DNA of 64,000 nucleotides from Hyalangium minutum (GTDB lineage Bacteria; Myxococcota; Myxococcia; Myxococcales; Myxococcaceae): NCBI RefSeq assembly GCF_000737315.1, contig NZ_JMCB01000010.1, positions 261,942 to 325,941 of the forward strand, read 5' to 3'. Shown piece by piece: positions 1 to 8,471 of this stretch (position 1 is its first letter; each line of letters starts with the position of its first letter). The notes under the pieces were generated by a model. It saw only the letters and a program-made list of their open reading frames with translations, ran no database searches and was not told where the DNA came from. The position numbers and the translations under genes were made by a program.

Positions 1-1091
1 GACTCCACACGGGCCACGAGCGAGCACACCCCCGCGTCATCCTGGCACGAGGCCCGGACGCGCAACGTGGAGGCGACGGCCACCTGCCACGTGGCGGGCT
101 CGGCCACCTCCAGCGCGGGAGCTCGATCGACCACGAAGATCCCCGGGACGACGAGCGCGTTCCCCCGCGCATCCGTCACGGAGAGCTCCAGCGGATACTG
201 CCCCCGGTCCAACGAGTGCAGGTCCAGGGAGCCCTGGTAACCATCCCTCTTGGAGTTGATGGTGAGCGGTGCCTCGATGCCCGTCCCCGGGACACGCGCG
301 CTCACCTGCACCTCATAGGTCGACGCCACGGAGGCCAAGACCGTGCTGCTGTCTCCCGCGGGAACTTCCATGCACGTCCACGTCCGGGAAAACACGCCAC
401 ACCCCGGCTGCCGGATTGCCGCGCGGATCACAGAGGTTGCCGGAGGCGCCACGGTCAGGGTCACGGTCGCCGAACGGCTCGGGTCCGCCACGGCCATGGC
501 CTCCAGGACCACGGTGCCGGTAAACGTGGCATCCGCTTGGAACGACGCGGAGCGCCCGTCTACCTGATGGAGCTGCCCTGGACCTTGAATGACCCTCCAG
601 GTGACACGCCGCTCATTCAGGCCGGCCCCATCAACCAACGCGGCCATGGCGGTGGTTTCCCCTGGGCTCAGCGTGGTGGGAATGGCCGTGATCACCACCC
701 CCGCGACCGTGCCGAAGGCGATGGTCAGCAGGACGGTGGCCGACTGGGCGGGATCAGACCGGGAGGTGGCGCGGATGAGCGCCTCCGGCGCGTCCGGGGC
801 CGCAGGCGCCCGGTAGATGACTTCGGCCCCATCATCGCTGGAGAGCGATCCTCCCCCCTGCTCGATGCTCCACGTCACCGCCGGGTCAATGCTCCCGGTC
901 CCTTGGACCGTGGCCACGAGACGCACCGTACCGTCTGGGGCGATTCGCGGGGCGTCAGCCGTCACGCTCACACCGGTCACCGTGGGCGCACCGGAGCCTC
1001 CTCCAGACGGACACGCTGTCCCCAGCACGGCGGCGAGAACCAGGGCTGGAAAACGCCAGAGGCGAGGCGAACCGCGGAGGCCAGAGTGCAT
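1..1091 (-). CDS. Lipoprotein with tandem Ig-like (Big_2-type) modules; 3' end beyond the left window edge
   Basis: Not in the ORF track because it has no stop in the window. Hand translation from ATG at 1091 (AAGGAG RBS upstream): MHSGLRGSPRLWRFPALVLAAVLGTAC-PSGGG..., a hydrophobic stretch and lipobox-like Cys, then two similar modules (VSVTA...LVATVQGTGSIDPAVTWSI...ATSRSDPAQSATVLLTI; VVITA...ALVDGAGLNERRVTWRV...AMAVADPSRSATVTLTV). The frame stays open to the edge. Confidence 0.75.
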   Translation of the reverse strand, partial: MHSGLRGSPRLWRFPALVLAAVLGTACPSGGGSGAPTVTGVSVTADAPRIAPDGTVRLVATVQGTGSIDPAVTWSIEQGGGSLSSDDGAEVIYRAPAAPDAPEALIRATSRSDPAQSATVLLTIAFGTVAGVVITAIPTTLSPGETTAMAALVDGAGLNERRVTWRVIQGPGQLHQVDGRSASFQADATFTGTVVLEAMAVADPSRSATVTLTVAPPATSVIRAAIRQPGCGVFSRTWTCMEVPAGDSSTVLASVASTYEVQVSARVPGTGIEAPLTINSKRDGYQGSLDLHSLDRGQYPLELSVTDARGNALVVPGIFVVDRAPALEVAEPATWQVAVASTLRVRASCQDDAGVCSLVARVE

Positions 1092-1498
1092 GTGTCTCTC
1101 CTTGTTGTGAATCCCAGCGAGGGGGTGCTGCCCGGCCCTGCAGCGGATCCTCATCCTGGCATGGACGCGGCGTGGAACTCCTGTCCAGAAGGGTACCCGC
1201 GTCTCGGAGAGTGAGCTTTCGCATCCGCCCGTAAGGACATCAACCGGAACGAACGGCTATAAGCTGTGGAAGACGGGGCTCTGCCTGCTGCTGTGGGGGC
1301 TCTCGCGCCGCCGCATCCGCACCGGGGCGTAAAGCCGTACTTCGGCCGAGTAGTTGCGGCTCCCTCAAGCGGGGAAGGAGCCGGGGCTAGGTGAAACGGC
1401 CCTGGGCGGCAACGGGCGCGGTGCACTCCTACCCGCAGTTTCCGGAGATGTCCGCGGAGGACCTTTCAAACGGAGGTTCCCCGCGCCCAAAATGAGTC

Positions 1499-4400
1499 AT
1501 GCGACAAACTCTCGCGTGGATGGCAGTGGTAGCTCTGTGCTGTGCAACTGGAGCGGCGGCGGGTGAGGAGCCAGTGGACGCCCGGCTGCAGGAGGCGCAG
1601 AAGGTCTATGACGAGGCGATGACGCTCTACAAGGCGGGCAAGTACCCCGAGGCCGTGGCGCAGGGCGAACGTGCGCTCGCGCTGCGGGAGGCTGCGCTCG
1701 GGGGCAAACATCCCGGCGTCGCTGACTGTCTGGCCTTGCTCGGCATCATTCACTGGACTCAGGGCGACTTTGTCCAGGCCGAGCCGCTGATCCAGCGTGG
1801 GCTCGAGATTCGGGAAGAAGTCCTCGGCAAGAATCATCCCGACGTCGCCTCATCGCTCAACAACCTGGCCAACCTCTACATGCAGAAAGGATTGCTGGAC
1901 CAAGCCGCATCGCTCCACGAGCGTGCACTGACCATTCGGGAAACGGCCCTGGGCAAGAACCATCCCAGCGTCGCCGGCTCGCTCAACAACCTCTCCAACG
2001 TCTATCGGGCCCAGGGGTTGTTCGACCGGGCCGAGCCGCTCATCCGGCGCTCGCTCGCCATCAAGGAGGCGAGCCTTGGCAAGAACCATCCCGACGTCGC
2101 CTCATCGCTCAACAACCTGGCCAACCTCTACCTGCAGCAAGGTTTGTATGCCCAGGCCGAGCCGCTCTACCAGCGCGCGCTCGCCATCCGGGAAGTCGCC
2201 CACGGCAAGGACCATCCCGAGGTCGCCTCCGCGCTCAACAACCTGGCCAACCTCTACGTCAAGCGAGGGCTGTATGACCGGGCCGAGCCGCTCTACCTGC
2301 GCGCGCTCACCCTCTATGAGGTGGCCTTCGACAAGCACCATCCCTACGTCGCCCAGACGCTCCTCTACCTCGCCACCCTCTATTCGGACCGGGGGTTGTA
2401 CGGCCGGGCCGAGCCGCTCTACCTGCGCGCGATCGCCATCAATGAAGCGGCCCTGGGCAAGAGCCACTCCACCGTCGCCAACTCGATTCATAACCTCGCA
2501 AACCTCTACCAGCACCAGGGGTTGTACGACCGGGCCGAGCCGCTCTACCTGCGCGCGATCGCCATCGAGGAAGAGCTCCGTGGCAAGGACCACCCCACCG
2601 TCGCCATCTATCTCACCAGTCTCTCCAGCCTCTACCAGGACCAGGGGTTGTATGACCGGGTCGAGCCGCTCCAACAGCGCGCGCTCGCCATCAAGGAGGC
2701 GAGCTTTGGCAAGGACCATCCCGAGTTCGCCACCTCGCTCGCCAACCTCGCCGACGTCTATAGAGCCCAGAGGTTGTACGACCGGGCCGAGCCGCTCTAC
2801 CTGCGCGCGCTCGCCATCCGCGAAGCCGTCTTCGGCAAGCAGCATCCTTTCGTCGCCGACGTGCTCCACCCGCTCGCCAACCTCTACCAGGAGCAGGGCT
2901 TGCTCGGCCGAGCCGAGCCGCTCCACCAACGCGCGCTCGCCCTCCGGGAATCGATCCTCGGCAAGAAACATCCCGACGTCGCCACCTCCCTCAACGATCT
3001 CGCCCTGCTCCGGCTGGCCCAGGATCGCCTCGGCGTGGCCGTTCCGCTCTTCACTCGCGCCTTCGCCGTGTCCGAGCAGCGCCTGCGCCATGAGGCGCTC
3101 GACTTCTCCGAGGCACGCCTGGCCACCTTTCTCCAGCATCTGCGCGCCGACGAGGAACGAATCTATGCGCTGCTGCGCGCGCATCCAGACAACGCCAGCG
3201 TCAGGCGCCTGGCGCTGAGCGCCGCGCTGCTGCTCAAGGGCCGCTCCGTCGAGGAGACGGCCGGTATCTCCCGGGCTGTCTACCGGAGCCTGGGCTCCGA
3301 GGATCGCGACACCTTCGAGCGGCTGCGCGGGCTGCGCACCCAACGGGCCATGCTCGCGCTAAAAGGTCCTGGCCAGGGCCCCCCCACTGTCTACGCACAG
3401 CTCAAGGAGCTCGCCGAGCAGGGTGATGCCCTCGAAGCCGACCTCGCCAGGCGCTCCGCTCCCCTGCGAGCACTGACCGCGCTGCCCGCTCCCGCGAAGG
3501 TCATGGACGATGTCGCCCGTGCCCTTCCCAAGGACGGGGCCCTCATCGAGCTCATCAGCTACCTGGACCAGCCGCTCGTGCCCAATCCCGGCACGCCCGA
3601 GGCTCAGCAGCCCCGCCAGCAGCGCTACCTGGCGCTGGCTCTCTTTCCTGACGCGACCCTTCGCGCGCTCGACCTGGGCCCCGCCGAGCCCATCGACTCG
3701 GCCGCCTCGAGCCTGCGAGATGCCCTGGCCAACCGGGACATCACCTTCCAGGCCAAGGCCCAGGCGCTCTACCAGCTCGCCTTCCAACCGCTCCTTCCAC
3801 TGCTGGGGAGGACCCGCCGCCTCTTCCTCTCTCCGGACGGCCAGCTGGCCCTGGTGCCCTTCGCGGCCCTGCACGACGGGAAGCAATTCCTCGTGGAGTC
3901 CTTCGACTTCACCTACCTCACCTCTGGCAAGGACCTGTTGCCACGCTCGCAGGAGACGCCCCCCGCAACCTCCGTGGTCGTCCTCGCCGACCCGGCCTTC
4001 GGCGCCCCGGCGCAAGGCCCTGCTTACGCCACGGCGGAGGCCTTGGCGCCAGCCGAGCGCTCCGCTTCCCTGGAGCGCTTCTTCTCCACGCCGCGTGAGG
4101 ACCTGGTGCACCGCGCCTGGAATGTCGTGCCGCTGCCAGGCACGCGACAGGAGGCCGAGGCCATCCAGCACCTGCTGCCCCAGGCCCAGCTCTTCCTGGG
4201 CCCTGAGGCCACCAAGGAGCGACTGATGAGCCTGCCTTCCCCCGGCATCCTCCACCTGGCCACCCACGGCTTCTTCCTCCAGGATGCCCCCGTTGTTCCC
4301 GGCACCCGCGCCGTCGTCCACTTCGGTGCGATGGGCGAGGACTCTGCCGCCTCACGCCCTCCGGATCCCCTGCTGCGCTCGGGACTGATACTGGCGGGGG

Positions 4401-4837
4401 CGCGCCCCTCTACCCCTGGCGCCTCGAGTTCCCCCCAGCCGCCTCCCGAGAACGCGCTGGTGACGGCACTGGAGCTGGCCGGCCTGGATTTGTGGGGTAC
4501 CCAGCTGGTGGTGCTGTCCGCCTGCGACACGGGACGCGGGGACGTGAAGCTGGGCCAGGGCGTCTACGGGCTACGCCGTGCACTGGTGGTGGCCGGCGCC
4601 GAGACGGTCGTGATGAGCCTGTGGAAGGTGAGCGATGACACCACCCAGCAGCTCATGGAGGCCTACTACCGCAATTTGCTGGCAGGACAGGGCCGGGCCA
4701 CCGCCCTGCGCGAGGCCATGCGCTGGCTGCGCGCCACCCGGCCCGAGCCCCACTCCTGGGCCCCCTTCATCGTGCTGGGTCGAGACAGACCTTTGCGCGG
4801 GCTGGCAGCCCCTCCTCCAGGGACACCGGCGCCGTAG
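1499..4837 (+). CDS. Secreted TPR-repeat / CHAT (caspase HetF-associated) peptidase
   Basis: N-terminal signal peptide; about 12 42-aa TPR repeats (LANLY..QG.YD.AEPLY.RALAI.E..LGK.HP.VA.SLNN); CHAT motifs FLSPDGQLALVPFAAL, ILHLATHGFF (His) and LVVLSACDTG (Cys). Confidence 0.93.
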   Translation: MRQTLAWMAVVALCCATGAAAGEEPVDARLQEAQKVYDEAMTLYKAGKYPEAVAQGERALALREAALGGKHPGVADCLALLGIIHWTQGDFVQAEPLIQRGLEIREEVLGKNHPDVASSLNNLANLYMQKGLLDQAASLHERALTIRETALGKNHPSVAGSLNNLSNVYRAQGLFDRAEPLIRRSLAIKEASLGKNHPDVASSLNNLANLYLQQGLYAQAEPLYQRALAIREVAHGKDHPEVASALNNLANLYVKRGLYDRAEPLYLRALTLYEVAFDKHHPYVAQTLLYLATLYSDRGLYGRAEPLYLRAIAINEAALGKSHSTVANSIHNLANLYQHQGLYDRAEPLYLRAIAIEEELRGKDHPTVAIYLTSLSSLYQDQGLYDRVEPLQQRALAIKEASFGKDHPEFATSLANLADVYRAQRLYDRAEPLYLRALAIREAVFGKQHPFVADVLHPLANLYQEQGLLGRAEPLHQRALALRESILGKKHPDVATSLNDLALLRLAQDRLGVAVPLFTRAFAVSEQRLRHEALDFSEARLATFLQHLRADEERIYALLRAHPDNASVRRLALSAALLLKGRSVEETAGISRAVYRSLGSEDRDTFERLRGLRTQRAMLALKGPGQGPPTVYAQLKELAEQGDALEADLARRSAPLRALTALPAPAKVMDDVARALPKDGALIELISYLDQPLVPNPGTPEAQQPRQQRYLALALFPDATLRALDLGPAEPIDSAASSLRDALANRDITFQAKAQALYQLAFQPLLPLLGRTRRLFLSPDGQLALVPFAALHDGKQFLVESFDFTYLTSGKDLLPRSQETPPATSVVVLADPAFGAPAQGPAYATAEALAPAERSASLERFFSTPREDLVHRAWNVVPLPGTRQEAEAIQHLLPQAQLFLGPEATKERLMSLPSPGILHLATHGFFLQDAPVVPGTRAVVHFGAMGEDSAASRPPDPLLRSGLILAGARPSTPGASSSPQPPPENALVTALELAGLDLWGTQLVVLSACDTGRGDVKLGQGVYGLRRALVVAGAETVVMSLWKVSDDTTQQLMEAYYRNLLAGQGRATALREAMRWLRATRPEPHSWAPFIVLGRDRPLRGLAAPPPGTPAP

Positions 4838-4912
4838 TCCGTTAGACACGCCAGAGGGGCACGCTGAGGTCACTCCGGTCGAGCAGGTCATCTCATGGCC
4901 TTCCAGGAGACG

Positions 4913-4959
4913 CATCTACGACGTCCGTCGTTGACATCTACGATGTTCGTCGTAACAAT
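4913..4959 (+). promoter_or_regulatory. Sigma70-type promoter overlapped by a tandem operator (probable BlaI-family autoregulatory site)
   Basis: TTGACA at 4931-4936, 17-nt spacer, AACAAT at 4954-4959. Two 19-bp direct repeats at 4913-4931 and 4935-4953 (17/19 identical), each containing TACGA-N6-TCGT(T/A). Confidence 0.7.
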
Positions 4960-4965
4960 GAGACC

Positions 4966-5358
4966 ATGACACCCTCTCTCCCCCAGCCGACCCGGGCCGA
5001 GCTCGCCATCTTGCGAGTGCTCTGGAAGCAGGGCCGCTGCACAGTCCGACAGGTGCACGAGGCGCTGCAGAAGACACAAGAGTACGAGACCGTCTACACC
5101 ACGGTGCTCAAGCTGCTGCAGAACATGACGGAGAAGGGCCTGGTCCGCCGCGACGAGCGCGAGCGCACCCACGTCTACGCGGCGGCCATCAACGAGCAGA
5201 AGACGCAGCGGGACTTGCTGCGCGACCTGGTGGACCGCGCCTTCGGCGGCTCCACGGCGAGCCTCGTCATCCAGGCCCTCTCCATCAAGAAGGCCTCGCC
5301 CGAGGAGCTCGAGGAGATCCGCAAGCTGCTGGACAAGAACGAAGGGGGGAAGAAATGA
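4966..5358 (+). CDS. BlaI/MecI/CopY family transcriptional repressor
   Basis: PTRAELAILRVLW..G..TVRQVHEAL...YTTVLKLLQNMTEKGLVRRDE..RTHVY..LLRDLVDRAFGGS; overlaps the downstream M56 gene (ATGA). Confidence 0.95.
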   Translation: MTPSLPQPTRAELAILRVLWKQGRCTVRQVHEALQKTQEYETVYTTVLKLLQNMTEKGLVRRDERERTHVYAAAINEQKTQRDLLRDLVDRAFGGSTASLVIQALSIKKASPEELEEIRKLLDKNEGGKK

Positions 5359-6605
5359 GTTCGCTGGAAGCGCTGTGGACGCACCCGGTGGCCGAGGCCC
5401 TGGGGTGCGCGCTGGCTCGGTTCGTGTGGCAGGGCGCGGCCGTCGCGCTGGCTGTGGGAGCGCTCCTGGCGTGCATGGGGCGCCGGCCCGCATACGAGCG
5501 CTATGCCCTGGCCTGCCTCGGGCTGCTGGTGATGGCCGTGCTTCCGGTGGCCTCGTTCAGCTCCGAGTTGGCGGGTGCGGCCTCCGGAGACTCCTCGGGG
5601 CCGGCAGCCCTGGGGGATGGTGCGGTCACCGGGGCTCTCTTGGCCCCCCTCGCCACCTGGGTCAAAGGCTGGCTGTGGACCTTGCGCCCCTGGCTGATGT
5701 CCGCGTGGCTGTGCGGCGTGCTGCTCCTGTCACTGCGCACGGCGTGGGCCTGGAGGCAGGCACAGGTGCTGGCCCGCGAAGGGACGCAGCAGCCTGAGGC
5801 CGAGGTGACGAGAGCGCTGGCGCGGATGATGGAGCGCACCCGGGTCAGCCGCCCCATGCGCCTGCTGGAGTCCATCGCGGTCGAGGTTCCCACGGTGGTG
5901 GGGCTGTGGAAGCCGCTCATCCTGGTGCCCCCCAGCACGTTGACGGGGCTCTCGGTGCCTCAGCTGGAGGCGGTGCTCGCGCACGAGTTGGCCCACATCC
6001 GCAGGCACGACTATCTGGTGAACCTGCTGCAGGCCCTGGTGGAGACGGTGCTGTTCTACCACCCGGCGGTGTGGTGGCTGTCGGCGCGCATCCGCGAGGA
6101 GCGCGAGCACTGCGCGGATGACGTGGCCGTGGAGTGCTGTGGCGACGCGGTGATGTACTCGCGCGCGCTGGCCACCCTCGAGCAGCTCCGCGTGAGAGTC
6201 CCAGCCCCGGCCCTCGCGGCGAATGGCGGCTCCCTGCTGCAGCGCATCCAGCGGTTGCTCGCGGCGCCGCGGGGTGGCGCTCCCCTTCACCCCTGGAGGC
6301 TCGCGGGCAGTCTGGCCGCGCTGATGCTCCTCGTGGTGCTGGGAACCGCGCGGCAGTCCCAGGCGACCGGAGCTCCCTCGCAGTCCCCTGCCCCGGAGGC
6401 AGCGGCTGCTGCCACTCCTGCGGCTGCCACTCCTGCTCCTGCCACGCATGGTGAGGAGGCCGTCCCCTTCAACAAGCTCATGACGTGGCCAGAGCAGCGC
6501 TTCGGGGACGCTCCACAGTTCCCCGGCCCGGTGCTGCCCGCTCAGGAGCCCGCCGGTTCCGTTCCCCCGGATTACTTCTTCATGACAGAGCAACCTTCCT
6601 GCTGA
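5355..6605 (+). CDS. M56 family (BlaR1-like) membrane metallopeptidase with a short or degenerate C-terminal sensor region
   Basis: TM helices; AVLAHELAHIRRHDYLVNLLQ (HExxH); FYHPAVWW..RIREEREHCADDVAV; Ala/Pro linker, then only about 45 residues to the stop. Confidence 0.9.
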   Translation: MSSLEALWTHPVAEALGCALARFVWQGAAVALAVGALLACMGRRPAYERYALACLGLLVMAVLPVASFSSELAGAASGDSSGPAALGDGAVTGALLAPLATWVKGWLWTLRPWLMSAWLCGVLLLSLRTAWAWRQAQVLAREGTQQPEAEVTRALARMMERTRVSRPMRLLESIAVEVPTVVGLWKPLILVPPSTLTGLSVPQLEAVLAHELAHIRRHDYLVNLLQALVETVLFYHPAVWWLSARIREEREHCADDVAVECCGDAVMYSRALATLEQLRVRVPAPALAANGGSLLQRIQRLLAAPRGGAPLHPWRLAGSLAALMLLVVLGTARQSQATGAPSQSPAPEAAAAATPAAATPAPATHGEEAVPFNKLMTWPEQRFGDAPQFPGPVLPAQEPAGSVPPDYFFMTEQPSC

Positions 6606-6638
6606 CAGCACCCGCAGGCTCCGTGAGGCACGTCCGGC

Positions 6639-6806
6639 TCAGCCACCCTTCTTGGCCTTCCCTTTCTCCGTGGGGTGGCTCTTGCCGTAGGTGACGGAGT
6701 CTCCGTGCCGGTTGCTGTCGTCGAAGTGCATGACGTCTCCCGAGGCGCCCGGGAAGTCCGTCGCGCCCCAGCGGAGGCCTTCGCCCTGCAGCGACTCCGC
6801 CACCCG
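6639..6806 (-). pseudogene. 3' fragment of a probable M15-family (D-Ala-D-Ala) peptidase domain gene
   Basis: Hand translation RVAESLQGEGLRWGATDFPGASGDVMHFDDSNRHG...KKGG*. The W-G..DF...D.MHF pattern resembles the M15 C-terminal Zn-His motif. No start or N-terminal part is present. Confidence 0.45.
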
Positions 6807-7282
6807 CGAAGAAGGGGTACCGCACGGCGGTGGTGACGGACTACGCGGGGGACCACTTCTCGCGGTTCGACTACGGGTTCCAGGAGGTGTCCGCGCCGGA
6901 CTTCCGCTTCCCGGACCTGGTGCGGCAGCGGATGCTCATCACGCACGTGGCGCTCCTGCCGTGGACGGGGCTGGTGCCGGGGTGGTTCAAGGAGCAGGGG
7001 GAGTTCCCGGAGCTGACGGACCCGGGGCCGCTGTGGGCGCGGGTGAAGCGGACGTTGGCGGGGCTGCCGGAGGACCGGCCGTTCGCGCTGGTGGTGTTCG
7101 CGTCACCGACGCACTTCCCGTACGCCGCGCCGTGGCCGGTGGAAGTTGTTGGAGCTTCCGACGCCAGAGGGGGTGCGGGTGCAGCTGTTCGACGTGACGG
7201 CGGATCCGGCGGAGCAACGGGACGTGGCGGAGCAGCCCCCAACGTGGTGGCCACGCTGCGGGCGAGGCTGGCGGCGGAGTAG
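6807..7282 (+). pseudogene. Sulfatase/alkaline-phosphatase superfamily gene remnant (5' truncated, internal deletion, frameshifts)
   Basis: AKKGYRTAVVTDYAGDHF...RPFALVVFASPTHFPYAAPWP is joined in another frame to the C-terminal sulfatase-type motif RWKLLEL...QLFDVTADPAEQRDVAEQ, then a second shift at a C-run to PNVVATLRARLAAE*. Confidence 0.7.
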
Positions 7283-7335
7283 CCAGACACCCATCGGAAG
7301 GCCCCTGGCACCCTGGCACCCTGACGCAGGAGCGC

Positions 7336-7375
7336 GAAAACAACACGGCCCGCTCCTCAGTCGAGGAGCGGGCCG
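7336..7375 (-). terminator. Rho-independent terminator of the ricin-lectin gene
   Basis: Perfect 13-bp stem CGGCCCGCTCCTC (7346-7358) / GAGGAGCGGGCCG (7363-7375) with a 4-nt loop, followed on the minus strand by TGTTGTTTT. Confidence 0.85.
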
Positions 7376-7407
7376 AAGGCTCGCATCGCGGAGCGGGTCA
7401 AACCCTA

Positions 7408-7965
7408 TCAGTTGACCGGCTCGAACCTCCACAACTGGCTTTGAACGCCCGGCACGAACTGCCACTGATGGATATACGCTCCATTGCCCGTCGAGTTGAA
7501 CTCGACGTCGATGTCCCGATAGGTGAGCAGGTTCGTGATGCGATAGGGCGGCGTCGCGGTATTGTAATCAAAAGCGATGCGCCAGAGCTGCTGGGGCGGC
7601 CGATCCACGTTGAAATACATCTGCCAGATCTTCGCGCCATTGTCGCGCGCCGCCGGCTCCAGCGCCTTGCCGCTGTTATAATTGATGATCTGATACCCGG
7701 CGGTCGAACTGCCCCAAAGATACCACTTCTGGCTCGCCAAACCCAGATACTCCCACTGCACAAGCCGGATGGTTGCCTCCTTGGAATTGAATGAAACGTC
7801 CAGGACCTTCCCGCTGTTGACGTTCACGATCTTGTAGAGATGGGTCGGCCCCGTCTCGAGAGGAGGCACCGACTGCGCATACGCATCCGAGGCAAGTCCC
7901 AGGACGGCACCGACGAGCAGCACTGAGCACAGCGCCATCGCCTTCATCCATTGCGTCTTCTTCAT
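7408..7965 (-). CDS. Secreted stand-alone RICIN (beta-trefoil) lectin domain protein
   Basis: Signal peptide MKKTQWMKAMALCSVLLVGAVLGLASDAYA; three subdomains with QxW motifs (SGKVLDV..QWEY..SQKW; SGKALE..IWQ..QQLW; DIDV..IHQWQF..SQLWRFE). Start reassigned to 7965. Confidence 0.88.
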   Translation of the reverse strand: MKKTQWMKAMALCSVLLVGAVLGLASDAYAQSVPPLETGPTHLYKIVNVNSGKVLDVSFNSKEATIRLVQWEYLGLASQKWYLWGSSTAGYQIINYNSGKALEPAARDNGAKIWQMYFNVDRPPQQLWRIAFDYNTATPPYRITNLLTYRDIDVEFNSTGNGAYIHQWQFVPGVQSQLWRFEPVN

Positions 7966-8178
7966 GGCAACGCTCTTTTCGAGCCCCCACTCCTTCCGCT
8001 GGAAGGGGGGCTTCTTTCCCAATGAGGGGCCAGATTGCCCCTTGGACGGGATGAGCCGGCGCGCCAGAAAATGATGCACGGAATCCTCACTTCGAGGAGA
8101 AATCCCCCGAGCTGTCGGCGCATGTCGGTTCCGACCCACCTCGCCCTGGAGCCGGTGGCATCCGCGGTCGCATCCAGC

Positions 8179-8471
8179 GCTCCCTCAAGCGGGGGCGGAG
8201 CCGGGGCTTACGGAGAAGAGCCCCGCCTTTGCCGCGAAGGTGGAGGAGCCGAGGAAGGAGCGCACACCCCGTTTGGACTGGGCCGGGCTGCTTCGCAGGA
8301 CGTTCGCCCTGGATGTGTTCGCGTGCTTGAGGTGGGGAGGCAGGCTTCAGGGTCTTGGCGTACGTGAAGGCAGCAGGAGGGGCGCGCGCGATTGTGAAGC
8401 ACCTGGGGTTGCCCACGGCGAGTGCGCACCTGGCCGATGCGCGAGGGCCGCCCCAGAGCGCGGGGTGTTGA
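8179..8471 (+). mobile_element. Degenerate 3' remnant of an IS91-like (Y2/HUH) transposase
   Basis: EEPRKERTPRLDWAGLLRRTFALDVFACLRWGGRL, then a frameshift to RVLAYVKAAGGARAIVKHLGLPTASAHLADARGPPQSAGC*. This matches the WAxLLxRxF..D..CxxCGG C-terminal pattern with one Cys lost. Confidence 0.7.

Noticed and set aside
1255-1332. Short frame ending GLCLLLWGLSRRRIRTGA*, reminiscent of a MYXO-CTERM sorting tail
   Set aside because: Lacks the upstream GC motif and any supporting coding context; too short to separate from chance.
1700-3050. Regular 126-bp DNA periodicity
   Set aside because: These are coding TPR repeats, not a CRISPR array or DNA-level repeat; there are no unique spacers and no cas genes.
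6400-6445. Tandem 15-18-bp repeats (GCGGCTGCCACTCCT)
   Set aside because: In-frame Ala/Thr/Pro linker of the M56 protein; ordinary low-complexity coding sequence.
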